From Candidatus Spongiisociaceae bacterium (GTDB lineage Bacteria > Actinomycetota > Acidimicrobiia > Spongiisociales > Spongiisociaceae): 64,000 nucleotides of DNA. The stretch is from positions 2,432,001 through 2,496,000 of the forward strand of contig CBDCOH010000002.1 in NCBI GenBank assembly GCA_965219685.1, written 5' to 3'. The translations under genes were made by a program, and so were the position numbers. Within the stretch, counting starts at the first letter, position 1. Every line of letters starts with the position of its first letter. The notes under the pieces were generated by a model. The model saw only the letters and a list, made by a program, of their open reading frames with translations. It was not told the DNA's origin and did no database searches. This document shows, piece by piece, positions 9,372 to 17,781 of this stretch.

Positions 9372-10556
9372 ATGGAAGCATCGCGACGCGCCGGCCCCTT
9401 CGAGCTCACCGATGAACAGCAACAACTTCGAGCCCTGGCAGGCGACCTAGCGCGGACGATCTATGCGCCCCGCGCACGGGAATGGGATGCGGCCGAGGCC
9501 CACCTGCCCGATGAGGAGCGGCGGCGACTCGGCGAACTCGGATTGCTCGGTATCACGCTTCCCGAAGAGCACGGAGGGATGGGACGGCCGCTGATCGACG
9601 CCCTGATCGTGATCGAAGAACTGGCCAAGGCCACCCAGGTGGCCGCCTGGCCGGTGTTCGAAGCCACCACCGGACCCGCCCGCGTCATAGACCTGTTCGG
9701 CACCGAAGAGCAGAAGCGCCGCTGGCTCCCTCCGGTCTGTCGAGGAGAGAAGACGATCGCGGTTTCCATCTCCGAGCCGGATGCCGGTTCGGCCGCCACC
9801 GACATGTCCACCCGGGCGCGGGTCGACGGCGACGAGATCGTGATCGACGGCATGAAGCGATGGTGCTCCGGGGCCGGCTACTCCGAACAGTACCTCGTAT
9901 ACGTACGACTCGGGGAGGAACTCGGCTCCCGTGGCATCGGCGCCGTCGTCGTCGATCAGGACACACCCGGTCTCGAGTTCGGACCGCAGGAACGGCTGAT
10001 GGGGTTCCGGGGTATCGGATCGGCCGACATGTTCTTCAACGGGGTGCGGATTCCTCGTGAGGACCTGCTGGTCGCCAAGGGCGGATTCTCGAAGCTGTTC
10101 ACCGCGTTCTCCATCGAGCGTCTCGGCAACGCCACGATGGCCCTCGCGATCGGGCAGACGGCTTTGGACCGATCCGCCCGCTACGTACAGGAGCGACGCC
10201 AATTCGGACGGCCCGTCGCCGAGTTCCAACTCGTGCAGGCGGCCATCGCCGACATGGTCATGCAGGTCGAGGCGGCGCGGCTGCTCATCCATCGGGCTGC
10301 GATCTCGGCCGGGAGGGGAGCACCTCCGGCCTTGGAGGCGTCGGTGGCCAAGTGCTACGCCAACGAGATGGCCAAGCGGGTCTCCGATCTCGGCATCCAG
10401 CTACACGGCGGCTACGGCTACTCAGTCGAGTTCGACATGGAGCGCCTCCACCGGGATGCGCACGGTTGGGCTCTCGCCGGCGGTACCACCAACATCCAGC
10501 GGGTGAGGATCGCGTCGGAGTACCTGGGACGCCGCTTCGGCCAACGCAGGAACTGA
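9372..10556 (+). CDS. Acyl-CoA dehydrogenase family protein
   Basis: ISEPDAGS, GMKRWCSG, ERRQFGRPVAEFQ, QLHGGYGY, RDA...AGGT. Confidence 0.92.
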   Translation: MEASRRAGPFELTDEQQQLRALAGDLARTIYAPRAREWDAAEAHLPDEERRRLGELGLLGITLPEEHGGMGRPLIDALIVIEELAKATQVAAWPVFEATTGPARVIDLFGTEEQKRRWLPPVCRGEKTIAVSISEPDAGSAATDMSTRARVDGDEIVIDGMKRWCSGAGYSEQYLVYVRLGEELGSRGIGAVVVDQDTPGLEFGPQERLMGFRGIGSADMFFNGVRIPREDLLVAKGGFSKLFTAFSIERLGNATMALAIGQTALDRSARYVQERRQFGRPVAEFQLVQAAIADMVMQVEAARLLIHRAAISAGRGAPPALEASVAKCYANEMAKRVSDLGIQLHGGYGYSVEFDMERLHRDAHGWALAGGTTNIQRVRIASEYLGRRFGQRRN

Positions 10557-10562
10557 CGCTGG

Positions 10563-11747
10563 TCAGGGAAGGAGCGCGTCGGCGGCCGCTTCGATACGTT
10601 CCATCGCCTCGTCGAGGCGGGCATCGGGAATGGTGAGGGAGAACCTGACGTAACCCTCGCCGTAGCGGCCGTAGCCGATTCCCGGGATCGCCACCACCGC
10701 GGTGTGCTCGAGTAACCGGGTGAAGAAGTCCATGCTGCCGATCCCTGTGGGGAGGGGCGCCCACACGTAGAAGGTTCCGGGAGGCGGATCCACCTCCAGG
10801 CCGATCCGGCGCAGGGTGGCCACCACCCTGTCGCGTCTCCGCCGGTAGATAGTCATCTTGGCCCGTAACACGGAGTCGGGAGTCCCGAGGGCGACGATAG
10901 AAGCCTGCTGGACGGCGCCGAACACGCCGGCGTCCGTGTTCAGCTTCATGCTCCGGATCATGCCGACGATCTCGGGATTGCCGACCGCCATCCCGCTGCG
11001 CCACCCGGTCATGTTGTAGGACTTGGACAGGCTGTTGAACTCGACGGCGACGTCCTTGGCCCCGTCGACGGACAGGACACTGGGCGCCGGAACGCTTCCG
11101 AACGTGATATCTGCGTAGGGGTTGTCGCTCACCAGGATGGTGCCCGTCCGGCGGGCGAACTCCACCGCTTTCGCGAAGAACTCGAGCGAGGCGACCGCCG
11201 CAGTCGGATTGTTCGGATAGGAGATCCAGATGGCCCTTGCGCTGGTCGCGAGGTCCCGGGGAATCGAGTCGAAATCGATGAGGAATCCGTTCTCGGCCAG
11301 GAGCGGCACCTTTCGCACCTCGGCCCCCGCCAGGATGGCGGCCGCCTCGTAGGCGGGGAAGGCAGGATCGGGAACAAGGACCACATCCCCCGGGTTGAGG
11401 GCACCCATACAGAAGTGGAGGTTTGCCTCCTTGCTGCCCATCAAAGGCAGCACATCGGTTTCGGGATCGACGGCGACATCGAACCGGCGCTCGTACCAGG
11501 CGGAGATCGCGGAGCGGAACTCCGGCAACCCGCGGGCCAGGCCATGGGGATACTGGTGGTTCACCGGATCCTGGGCCGCTTCCAGGAGAGCCTCCACCAC
11601 ATGCGGCGGGGTCGGGAGGTCGGGGTCGCCCTTCCCCAGGTCTATCACATCCCGACCCGCCTGGAGGGCCTCCGACACCCGGCGATGTATCTCCACGTAG
11701 ACATAAGGCGGTAGGGATTCGAGGCGCTGAGATCTGGCCAGGTCCAT
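10563..11747 (-). CDS. Class I/II PLP aminotransferase, LL-diaminopimelate aminotransferase-like
   Basis: RLESLPPYVY, DLGKGDPD, GSKE, YPNNPT and PLP-lysine motif SLSKSYNMTGWR; start moved to ATG 11747. Confidence 0.85.
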   Translation of the reverse strand: MDLARSQRLESLPPYVYVEIHRRVSEALQAGRDVIDLGKGDPDLPTPPHVVEALLEAAQDPVNHQYPHGLARGLPEFRSAISAWYERRFDVAVDPETDVLPLMGSKEANLHFCMGALNPGDVVLVPDPAFPAYEAAAILAGAEVRKVPLLAENGFLIDFDSIPRDLATSARAIWISYPNNPTAAVASLEFFAKAVEFARRTGTILVSDNPYADITFGSVPAPSVLSVDGAKDVAVEFNSLSKSYNMTGWRSGMAVGNPEIVGMIRSMKLNTDAGVFGAVQQASIVALGTPDSVLRAKMTIYRRRRDRVVATLRRIGLEVDPPPGTFYVWAPLPTGIGSMDFFTRLLEHTAVVAIPGIGYGRYGEGYVRFSLTIPDARLDEAMERIEAAADALLP

Positions 11748-11782
11748 CGGCAGGTCCACGGAGTCGGCGGTCCCGGTGAGGC

Positions 11783-11804
11783 TAGCATCGAGACCCGATA
11801 TCGG
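11783..11804. promoter_or_regulatory. -10-like TAGCAT plus operator CCGATATCGG (11795-11804), between the divergent aminotransferase and PrpD genes
   Basis: Perfect palindrome begins at the predicted +1 of the plus-strand promoter. Confidence 0.7.
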
Positions 11805-11830
11805 TACACGAAACCGGGTGAGGAGCGGCG

Positions 11831-13225
11831 ATGGGGACGGGTGGGGTAGGCCATGGACAGCTGGAGCGAAGCGGCCGCGACTTCGCCCCGGTGCCTTACC
11901 CGACCCAGACCGAACGGCTCGCCGCACATGTGGTGGGGCTCCGTTACGACGACATCCCGCGACCCGCCGTGGACAAGATGAAGGACCACATCGTCCATCA
12001 CCTCGGACTGGCCCTGCGGGGTCTCGGCACCGGAGAAGGCCGCCAAGCCATCCGGATCGCCGAGTCCTTCCGCCATGGGGGATCTGCCACCATCGTCGGC
12101 AGGCGAACCCGGACGGCTCCCCTGGAGGCCACCTTCGCCAACACGACCCTCATGCGTTCCGACTTCCTCGACGATGTGCTCTTTCCCGCCGGTGTCCACG
12201 CCGCTCTCGTGACCCTCCCACCTGCGCTGGCCGTCGCAGAGGAACGCCATCGGTCCGGAAAGGAGTTGCTCACCGCCCTGGTCGCCGCCTACGACGTGAT
12301 CGGCAAGCTGGGAAACGCGGCCGGAATACGCTCGGCGAGGGCGCCGAGAAGACCGACAATTCCCTTCGGACCCTTCGGCGGCGCGGCGGCGGTCGCCCGC
12401 CTGCTCGGCTTGTCGAAACACCCGACCGCCCACGCCCTGGGCTACGCGGCGCACTCGGGCATGGGCCTCAGCGAGGGTGATTTCGTCACTCACTACTACA
12501 GCCTGGTGGCCAGGAACGGCCTGATGGCAGCGCTGGCGGCCGACCATGGGGGGCAAGCGGCCCTGGCGGTGATGGAGGGTCGGTTCGGCTTCTGGAACAC
12601 ATTCTTCACGGGAGTTCCCCCGACCCTGGACGACTCGCTCGCCACCTTGGGTAAGGAGTTCGAGATCATGAACGCCACGACCAAGCGTTACCCGGGTACG
12701 GGGCTGAATATCGTCCCGATCGAACTCACCACCCACTTGGTGGAGGACCATTCCCTGACCGTTGCGAATACCCGCTCGGTGACCGTGTTCCTGCCCGCCG
12801 AGCGGGAGAGCTTCGTCACGGGCCACATGCAGCCCCCCTTCGAAAGCGAAGCGGCGGCCCGCAGCTCGCTGGTTCTGGCCATCGCCACCATCCTCGCGAC
12901 CGGCCGGATCGACCCGGCGCTTGTCAAGCAGTACGCCCGTCCGGATCTGGTGGAACTCTGCAGCCGGATCCGCGTGGTCCTGGAGGAGGGCCATCCCATC
13001 CGCTACGCCCGGATCGAGATCGCCACCCGCGACGGACGCTCGCTAGCCGCCCAGGGACATGACCACTCCTTCGATCCGGCGGAGTGGCTCCGCTGGATCT
13101 CCATCGGCGGAACCGATGTCCTCGGACGCGATGCGCTCGCCGCGCTGGTGGAGACAATGGATCGCCTCGAAGACCTTGACGACGTAGCCGACTTGACAAC
13201 CTTGCTCCGACCTCCCGATAGTTGA
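11831..13225 (+). CDS. MmgE/PrpD family protein
   Basis: LRYDDIPRPAVDKMK, ATFANTTL...DFLDD...GVH, SGKELLTALVAAYDV, MEGRFGF, KRYPG; exact start uncertain. Confidence 0.85.
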   Translation: MGTGGVGHGQLERSGRDFAPVPYPTQTERLAAHVVGLRYDDIPRPAVDKMKDHIVHHLGLALRGLGTGEGRQAIRIAESFRHGGSATIVGRRTRTAPLEATFANTTLMRSDFLDDVLFPAGVHAALVTLPPALAVAEERHRSGKELLTALVAAYDVIGKLGNAAGIRSARAPRRPTIPFGPFGGAAAVARLLGLSKHPTAHALGYAAHSGMGLSEGDFVTHYYSLVARNGLMAALAADHGGQAALAVMEGRFGFWNTFFTGVPPTLDDSLATLGKEFEIMNATTKRYPGTGLNIVPIELTTHLVEDHSLTVANTRSVTVFLPAERESFVTGHMQPPFESEAAARSSLVLAIATILATGRIDPALVKQYARPDLVELCSRIRVVLEEGHPIRYARIEIATRDGRSLAAQGHDHSFDPAEWLRWISIGGTDVLGRDALAALVETMDRLEDLDDVADLTTLLRPPDS

Positions 13226-13251
13226 TAGATGATAGTTGATAATTGATAGTT
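13217..13251 (+). repeat. G/T-rich heptamer array (GATAGTT-type) x5
   Basis: GATAGTT GATAGAT GATAGTT GATAATT GATAGTT; contains the PrpD stop codon. Confidence 0.85.
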
Positions 13252-13305
13252 TCCGTTAGATCGGATCATTCACCATCCTCAATAGCAAGGCACTATCCAT
13301 CGATG

Positions 13306-13359
13306 AGCCACCAGCCATTAGCAAAACTCACAACTACTAACTAATAACTACCAACTATT
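13306..13359 (-). repeat. C/A-rich degenerate heptamer array (AGCCAYY x2, AACT-led x5)
   Basis: AGCCACC AGCCATT ... AACTCAC AACTACT AACTAAT AACTACC AACTATT; contains the racemase stop codon. Confidence 0.75.
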
Positions 13360-14082
13360 AAGTAGCTCCCGTCCGAACAGTGACTGATGGGTCGACGTCA
13401 CCAGGGAGTAGAGATCGAAGATGGGGAGGCCGGTCGCGCGCCGCATCGCGTTGCCCCAAGGAACGAAGTTCGTGCACTCGAGGACGATCGCGCCCACATC
13501 AGGATGCTCCTCGACCTGGCGGCGAGCCAGCGCCACCAGCTCTGCCTCCAGCACGGCGGTGTCGGCGACAACCGTCTGGTCGATGTACACCTGTGGGAAG
13601 ACGGCATCCCTCGGCATGGATGTGACGACCGTGTCGACTTCCCCCGGTTGCCAGCCCATGCCGACGAAGTGGCGGTCGGTGAGGTGCGGGCGTTCGGTCA
13701 GGATCCCGACCTTCCGTCCCGGCCCGACGAGCCGGCCCGCCAACGGGACCTGGAGCAGGGCGGAGGTGAGCATCGGGACGCCGACGCTCGCCTGCATCGC
13801 CCGGTGGAAGACCGATAGGAAACCACAGCTGGTGGTGATCGCCCTCACTCCCTTCGCCTCCAACTCTCTCGCGCCTTCGATGAAGGGGGCGAGCAGCGTC
13901 GGGTCGGGCTCCGAACCCATGATCCTGCTCGTGTCGGCCCCCTTCACGACCTTGTAGAGAACCGGGAACGGCCACGTCAGGGCGTTTCCCACGTCGCCGG
14001 GTGGTCTGGGACAGGTCGTGTCGAGCATGAGGATCCCGATGTCGTGGCCGTAAACGGTACGGCCGCCTTTCACTATCGCCAT
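13348..14082 (-). CDS. Asp/Glu/hydantoin racemase family protein (paralog 1)
   Basis: Two-Cys motifs ITTSCGF and LECTN; N-terminal GILMLDT..PR.PGDVGNA.TWPFPV; RBS AAGGAGG. Confidence 0.85.
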   Translation of the reverse strand: MAIVKGGRTVYGHDIGILMLDTTCPRPPGDVGNALTWPFPVLYKVVKGADTSRIMGSEPDPTLLAPFIEGARELEAKGVRAITTSCGFLSVFHRAMQASVGVPMLTSALLQVPLAGRLVGPGRKVGILTERPHLTDRHFVGMGWQPGEVDTVVTSMPRDAVFPQVYIDQTVVADTAVLEAELVALARRQVEEHPDVGAIVLECTNFVPWGNAMRRATGLPIFDLYSLVTSTHQSLFGRELLNSW

Positions 14083-14151
14083 CGCCCTCCTTCAGCCACG
14101 GGCGCCAGACCCCCACTCGGGAGCCCGAGACTATCAACCTGATTACGAACC

Positions 14152-14161
14152 CCGATATCAT
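14152..14161. promoter_or_regulatory. Operator variant CCGATATCAT between the divergent racemase and aconitase X genes
   Basis: 8/10 match to the palindrome, in the divergent intergenic region. Confidence 0.5.
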
Positions 14162-14198
14162 GATCCGAGTTCGAGTTTCGTCACCGGAACGGAGCGCG

Positions 14199-15476
14199 AT
14201 GAGGCTCACATACGAAGACCTCGAGATGCTGGACGGCAAGCAGGGAGAGGCCCGGCGCCGGGCGATGGAGGGACTCGTCCAGTTGGGCGCGGCCTTCGGG
14301 GCGGAAGACCTGGTGTCGATCGGGTACGCCCACGTGCATCCGGGCATGGCCATGTACGCCCAGGATGTGGAGTTGCTCGAGGAATTGGTGGATCTCGGCG
14401 GGCAGGTTGTGGTCCCGACCACGGCCAACGTCACCAACGTCGACACGGAGAACTGGAGGCAGACGGGAGCCCCCGAATCGCTGGCCCGGCTCCACATGCG
14501 GGGGGTACGAGCCCACAAGGCTCTCGGCTGCGTGAGCGCCATGACCTGTACACCCTATTGGGCCGGGCATTGGCCGACGTGGAACATGCACATGACCTCG
14601 ATCGAGTCCGGGGTCACGGTGTTCTGCAACTCGGTGCTCGGCGCCCGCTCGAACCGGGACGGTTTCTTCAGCGTCTACGCGGCATTGACCGGCCGCTATC
14701 CCCGCTTCGGCTACCACCTCGACGAGAACCGGGCGGGCACGCATCTGGTTACGGTGGAGACCCCCCTGGACAACACGACCGACTTCAGTTGCCTGGGCTA
14801 CCACCTGGGACCGCTGGTCGGGACCGGCGTACCGGTCTTCACCGGCTTCTCCAGGCGTCCCTCACTCGACGAACTGGACGCTTTGGGAGCGGGTCTCGCC
14901 ACAACCGGAGGCGTATCCATGTTCATCGTCCCCGGCATCACACCCCCGTACCAGTCGAAGAGCCAGGCCATGGCGGGCAATCGGGCTCCGGTGGAGATCC
15001 GCGTAGGGCCTCCCGACATCGACCGGGTATACGACTCCTTCTCCTCGTCTCCAGCCGGATCCCGGATCGACTTCGTCCATATCGGATGTCCCCATGCCTC
15101 CTTCCAGGAGATGAAGGAGTACACTGCGCTGCTCTCCGGACGGACCGTCCACCCCGACGTGGAACTGTGGATCACCACCAGCGGCGCCGTCAAGGCCCTG
15201 TGCGCACGGGAAGGATTGATCGACACGCTCACCGATGCAGGCGCCAAGGTCATAACCGACACCTGCCCGATGTCATGCCATTTCGCGCGGACAACCTCGC
15301 CGGATCCCGGGATCGTGCTTCCCGAGCCCCACATCCGCCGGATGGTCGTGGACTCCGCCAAACAGGCCAAGTACAGCCGCGACATGATCATGTGCGAGAC
15401 CCTCCTGGCAACGACCACCTCCGCAGTCGCGACCGCAATCTCCGGGCGGCTCGTGACAGGGAGGGCCCACCCGTGA
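14199..15476 (+). CDS. Aconitase X large (catalytic) subunit, DUF521
   Basis: MLDGKQGEARRRAM, MTCTPY, ES..FCNSVLGARSNR, AALTGRYP.FGYHLDENR, IGCPH, DTC; start at ATG 14199 after GGAG. Confidence 0.9.
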   Translation: MRLTYEDLEMLDGKQGEARRRAMEGLVQLGAAFGAEDLVSIGYAHVHPGMAMYAQDVELLEELVDLGGQVVVPTTANVTNVDTENWRQTGAPESLARLHMRGVRAHKALGCVSAMTCTPYWAGHWPTWNMHMTSIESGVTVFCNSVLGARSNRDGFFSVYAALTGRYPRFGYHLDENRAGTHLVTVETPLDNTTDFSCLGYHLGPLVGTGVPVFTGFSRRPSLDELDALGAGLATTGGVSMFIVPGITPPYQSKSQAMAGNRAPVEIRVGPPDIDRVYDSFSSSPAGSRIDFVHIGCPHASFQEMKEYTALLSGRTVHPDVELWITTSGAVKALCAREGLIDTLTDAGAKVITDTCPMSCHFARTTSPDPGIVLPEPHIRRMVVDSAKQAKYSRDMIMCETLLATTTSAVATAISGRLVTGRAHP

Positions 15477-15910
15477 ACGGTCGGTACCGGATCGCGGCGC
15501 GTGGCATCGTCCCCGGCAAGGCGTCGGGCCCCGCCCTCGTCTCGACCGAAGGCCTCTCCTTCCTGGGGGATCTCGACATCAGGAGCGGCCGGGTCGTGAA
15601 CAGGACGCACGAGATGCGGGGCCGCAGCGTGACCGGGACGGTTCTGGTGCTCCCGCACAGCGTGGGTTCGGCGGGGGCATGGCGTTTCCTCTACCAGTTG
15701 CAGGTACACGGCACGCACCCGGTGGCAATCGTCCAGAACGCTCTGCCCGACTCCTCGCTCGTCCAGGGCGCCATCCTCGGCGGTATACCGGTGGTATGCG
15801 AGCCCGAAGTGGACGTGACCACCGCGATCCGTTCGGGGGACACAGTCGAGGTAGACGGCGGGACGGGCGTCGTGAGCATATGGCCGGGACTATCGGGGGT
15901 ACCGGCATGA
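15473..15910 (+). CDS. Aconitase X small (swivel) subunit, DUF126
   Basis: GKASGPALVSTEGLSFLGDLD...GRSVTGTVLVLPHSVGS...IRSGDTVEVDGGTG; GTGA overlap with the large subunit. Confidence 0.88.
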   Translation: MNGRYRIAARGIVPGKASGPALVSTEGLSFLGDLDIRSGRVVNRTHEMRGRSVTGTVLVLPHSVGSAGAWRFLYQLQVHGTHPVAIVQNALPDSSLVQGAILGGIPVVCEPEVDVTTAIRSGDTVEVDGGTGVVSIWPGLSGVPA

Positions 15911-16635
15911 TCGACGGAGGACGAACGGTCTACGGCTTCGAACTCGGAGTCCTGATGCTGGACACCGTATTCCCACGGCTGGTCGGGGATGTGGGGAATG
16001 CCGGCACCTGGCCCTTTCCGGTCCGGTACCGGGTCGTACGGGGGGCGACCTCCCGCCGGGTCGTCCAGGAACCGGACGACGCGCTACTCGGCCTGTTCAT
16101 AGACGGCGCCAGGGATCTCGAGCGGGACGGAGTGCGGATGATCACCACCAGTTGCGGATTCCTCGCCCTTTACCAGAAGGAACTAGCGGCAGCCGTCTCC
16201 GTCCCGTTCCTCTCCTCTTCCCTGCTCCAGGTACCCGATGCCGCCCGGCTCATCGGGCCCGATCGCAAGGTCGGCATCCTGACCATGAGCCGGGACGACC
16301 TCACCGAGGCACACTATGCGGCGCTCGGGTGGTCATCGACCGACCTACCGGTGATCGTGTCGTCCTCCGCCCCCGGGGCACTGTTCTGGGAGACCTATCT
16401 GGTGGGCCGCCCGAGTGTCGATCCCGCGGCCCTCGAGGGGGAACTGGTCGACCTCTGTGGCGACCTCGTGGCCGGCAATCCCGAGGTGGGGGCTCTGGTT
16501 CTGGAGTGCACCAACTTCGGCCCGTTCGCTCCGGCTCTCCGCAAGGAGTTCGGTCTTCCGGTCTATGACCTGGCAACGCTCGTACTCCAGACCCGCATGG
16601 CGATATCGGGCGCCGGATTCGAGGCCATCCGATGA
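15907..16635 (+). CDS. Asp/Glu/hydantoin racemase family protein (paralog 2)
   Basis: Same ITTSCGF / LECTN motifs and N-terminus as 13348-14082; ATGA overlap at 15907. Confidence 0.85.
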   Translation: MIDGGRTVYGFELGVLMLDTVFPRLVGDVGNAGTWPFPVRYRVVRGATSRRVVQEPDDALLGLFIDGARDLERDGVRMITTSCGFLALYQKELAAAVSVPFLSSSLLQVPDAARLIGPDRKVGILTMSRDDLTEAHYAALGWSSTDLPVIVSSSAPGALFWETYLVGRPSVDPAALEGELVDLCGDLVAGNPEVGALVLECTNFGPFAPALRKEFGLPVYDLATLVLQTRMAISGAGFEAIR

Positions 16636-17705
16636 TCCCTGGACCTGATCAGACGCCCGACGGCATGGTCCTCGTCGCCGCGTCCCATCTGGAGGGATTC
16701 GCCTCGCGGGTCTTCCGGTCGCTGGGCATGGACAGCGACCATGCCGCGTTGATGGCGGAGCAGATCACCTGGGCCCATGCGCGGGGGCACTCCTGGCTGG
16801 GCGCACCCAAGATCATCCAGTACGGATCCAGGATCCGTACTGGGGCCACCTCACCGGTGGGCGAACCCCGGGTGATCTCGGAGACGGGTGCGTTCACGCT
16901 GCTCGACGCAGGCAACACGTTCAGCCAGATCTCCGGGGTCCGGGCCATGGACCTCGCCATCCGCAAGGCCGGGGAGATGGGCGCCGCCGTCTCGGTGCTG
17001 CGCAACACCACGTCAGCCGGAGCGCTCGGTTACTTCGCCATGCGTGCTGCCGACCGGAGGATGATCGGCATGGCCAACAACAACGCTCCTGCCCTGATGC
17101 CTCCGTGGGGGGGCACCACCAAGCTCATCGGCAACCAGGCCTTCGCCATCGCCAGCCCGGCCGGGAGGCACCAACCGGTCCTGCTCGACATGGCCCTGTC
17201 GGAGATGACCCTGGTCCGGTACCACGAGTACGAGGAACGCGGGGAGCAGCTTCCGGCAGGAGTCGCCCTCGATGCGTCGGGCCTGCCCACGACCGATCCG
17301 GCCGAGGCCCTCAAGGGCATGATGGTTCCGATGGGAGACCACCGCGGCTACGGGCTGGCGGTCATGTGGGAAGTGATCACGGGGGTGCTCTCGGGTTCGT
17401 TGCGATTCCTCGACGAGGTGACGATGCCGGACGTGTTCGACCGCCCGCAGGCGGTGAGCATGTTCTTTCTCGCGCTCAACCCGGAGATGTCGATGCCGTT
17501 CGAAGAATTCGCCGGGCGGGTCGACGGGCTCGTCGACGCCATGCACGGTTCCCCGCCGGCGCCCGGCGTGGAGCGCGTCTACGTCCCGGGAGAGCGGAGC
17601 GCCGAACTCGCCGGGGAACGCATGCGCAGCGGCATACCCATGCCCAGGGCTCTCATCGGCCGGTTGGAGGGCTTCGGTAACGAGGTGGGAGTGCCATGGG
17701 CCTGA
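16632..17705 (+). CDS. Ldh_2 (type 2 malate/L-lactate dehydrogenase, DpkA/AllD/ComC-like) oxidoreductase 1
   Basis: AMDLAIRKA, PPWGG, LLDMA, LDASGLPTTDP, GDHRGYGL, VYVPGE. Confidence 0.85.
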   Translation: MIPGPDQTPDGMVLVAASHLEGFASRVFRSLGMDSDHAALMAEQITWAHARGHSWLGAPKIIQYGSRIRTGATSPVGEPRVISETGAFTLLDAGNTFSQISGVRAMDLAIRKAGEMGAAVSVLRNTTSAGALGYFAMRAADRRMIGMANNNAPALMPPWGGTTKLIGNQAFAIASPAGRHQPVLLDMALSEMTLVRYHEYEERGEQLPAGVALDASGLPTTDPAEALKGMMVPMGDHRGYGLAVMWEVITGVLSGSLRFLDEVTMPDVFDRPQAVSMFFLALNPEMSMPFEEFAGRVDGLVDAMHGSPPAPGVERVYVPGERSAELAGERMRSGIPMPRALIGRLEGFGNEVGVPWA

Positions 17706-17781
17706 GACCGGCGCTGGTGGGCCCTTGGCACGGCACCCTTTGTCCACCATCCTTGCACGCCGGTGCCGGCCGGAGGCCGGT

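Noticed and set aside
9372-10556. 3-sulfinopropionyl-CoA desulfinase assignment
   Set aside because: The scaffold is similar, but the Arg, Cys and Gln residues I recall for the desulfinase are replaced (AWPVFE, AVSIS, SIER), so the call is left as a generic ACAD.
14199-15910. Archaeal-type mevalonate pathway (phosphomevalonate dehydratase)
   Set aside because: No UbiD/UbiX-like decarboxylase, mevalonate kinase or HMG-CoA genes in the window.
16600-16609. GCGATATCGG, a 9/10 operator match just upstream of Ldh_2 gene 1
   Set aside because: It lies inside the racemase CDS of a translationally coupled operon with no visible promoter, so it may be chance.
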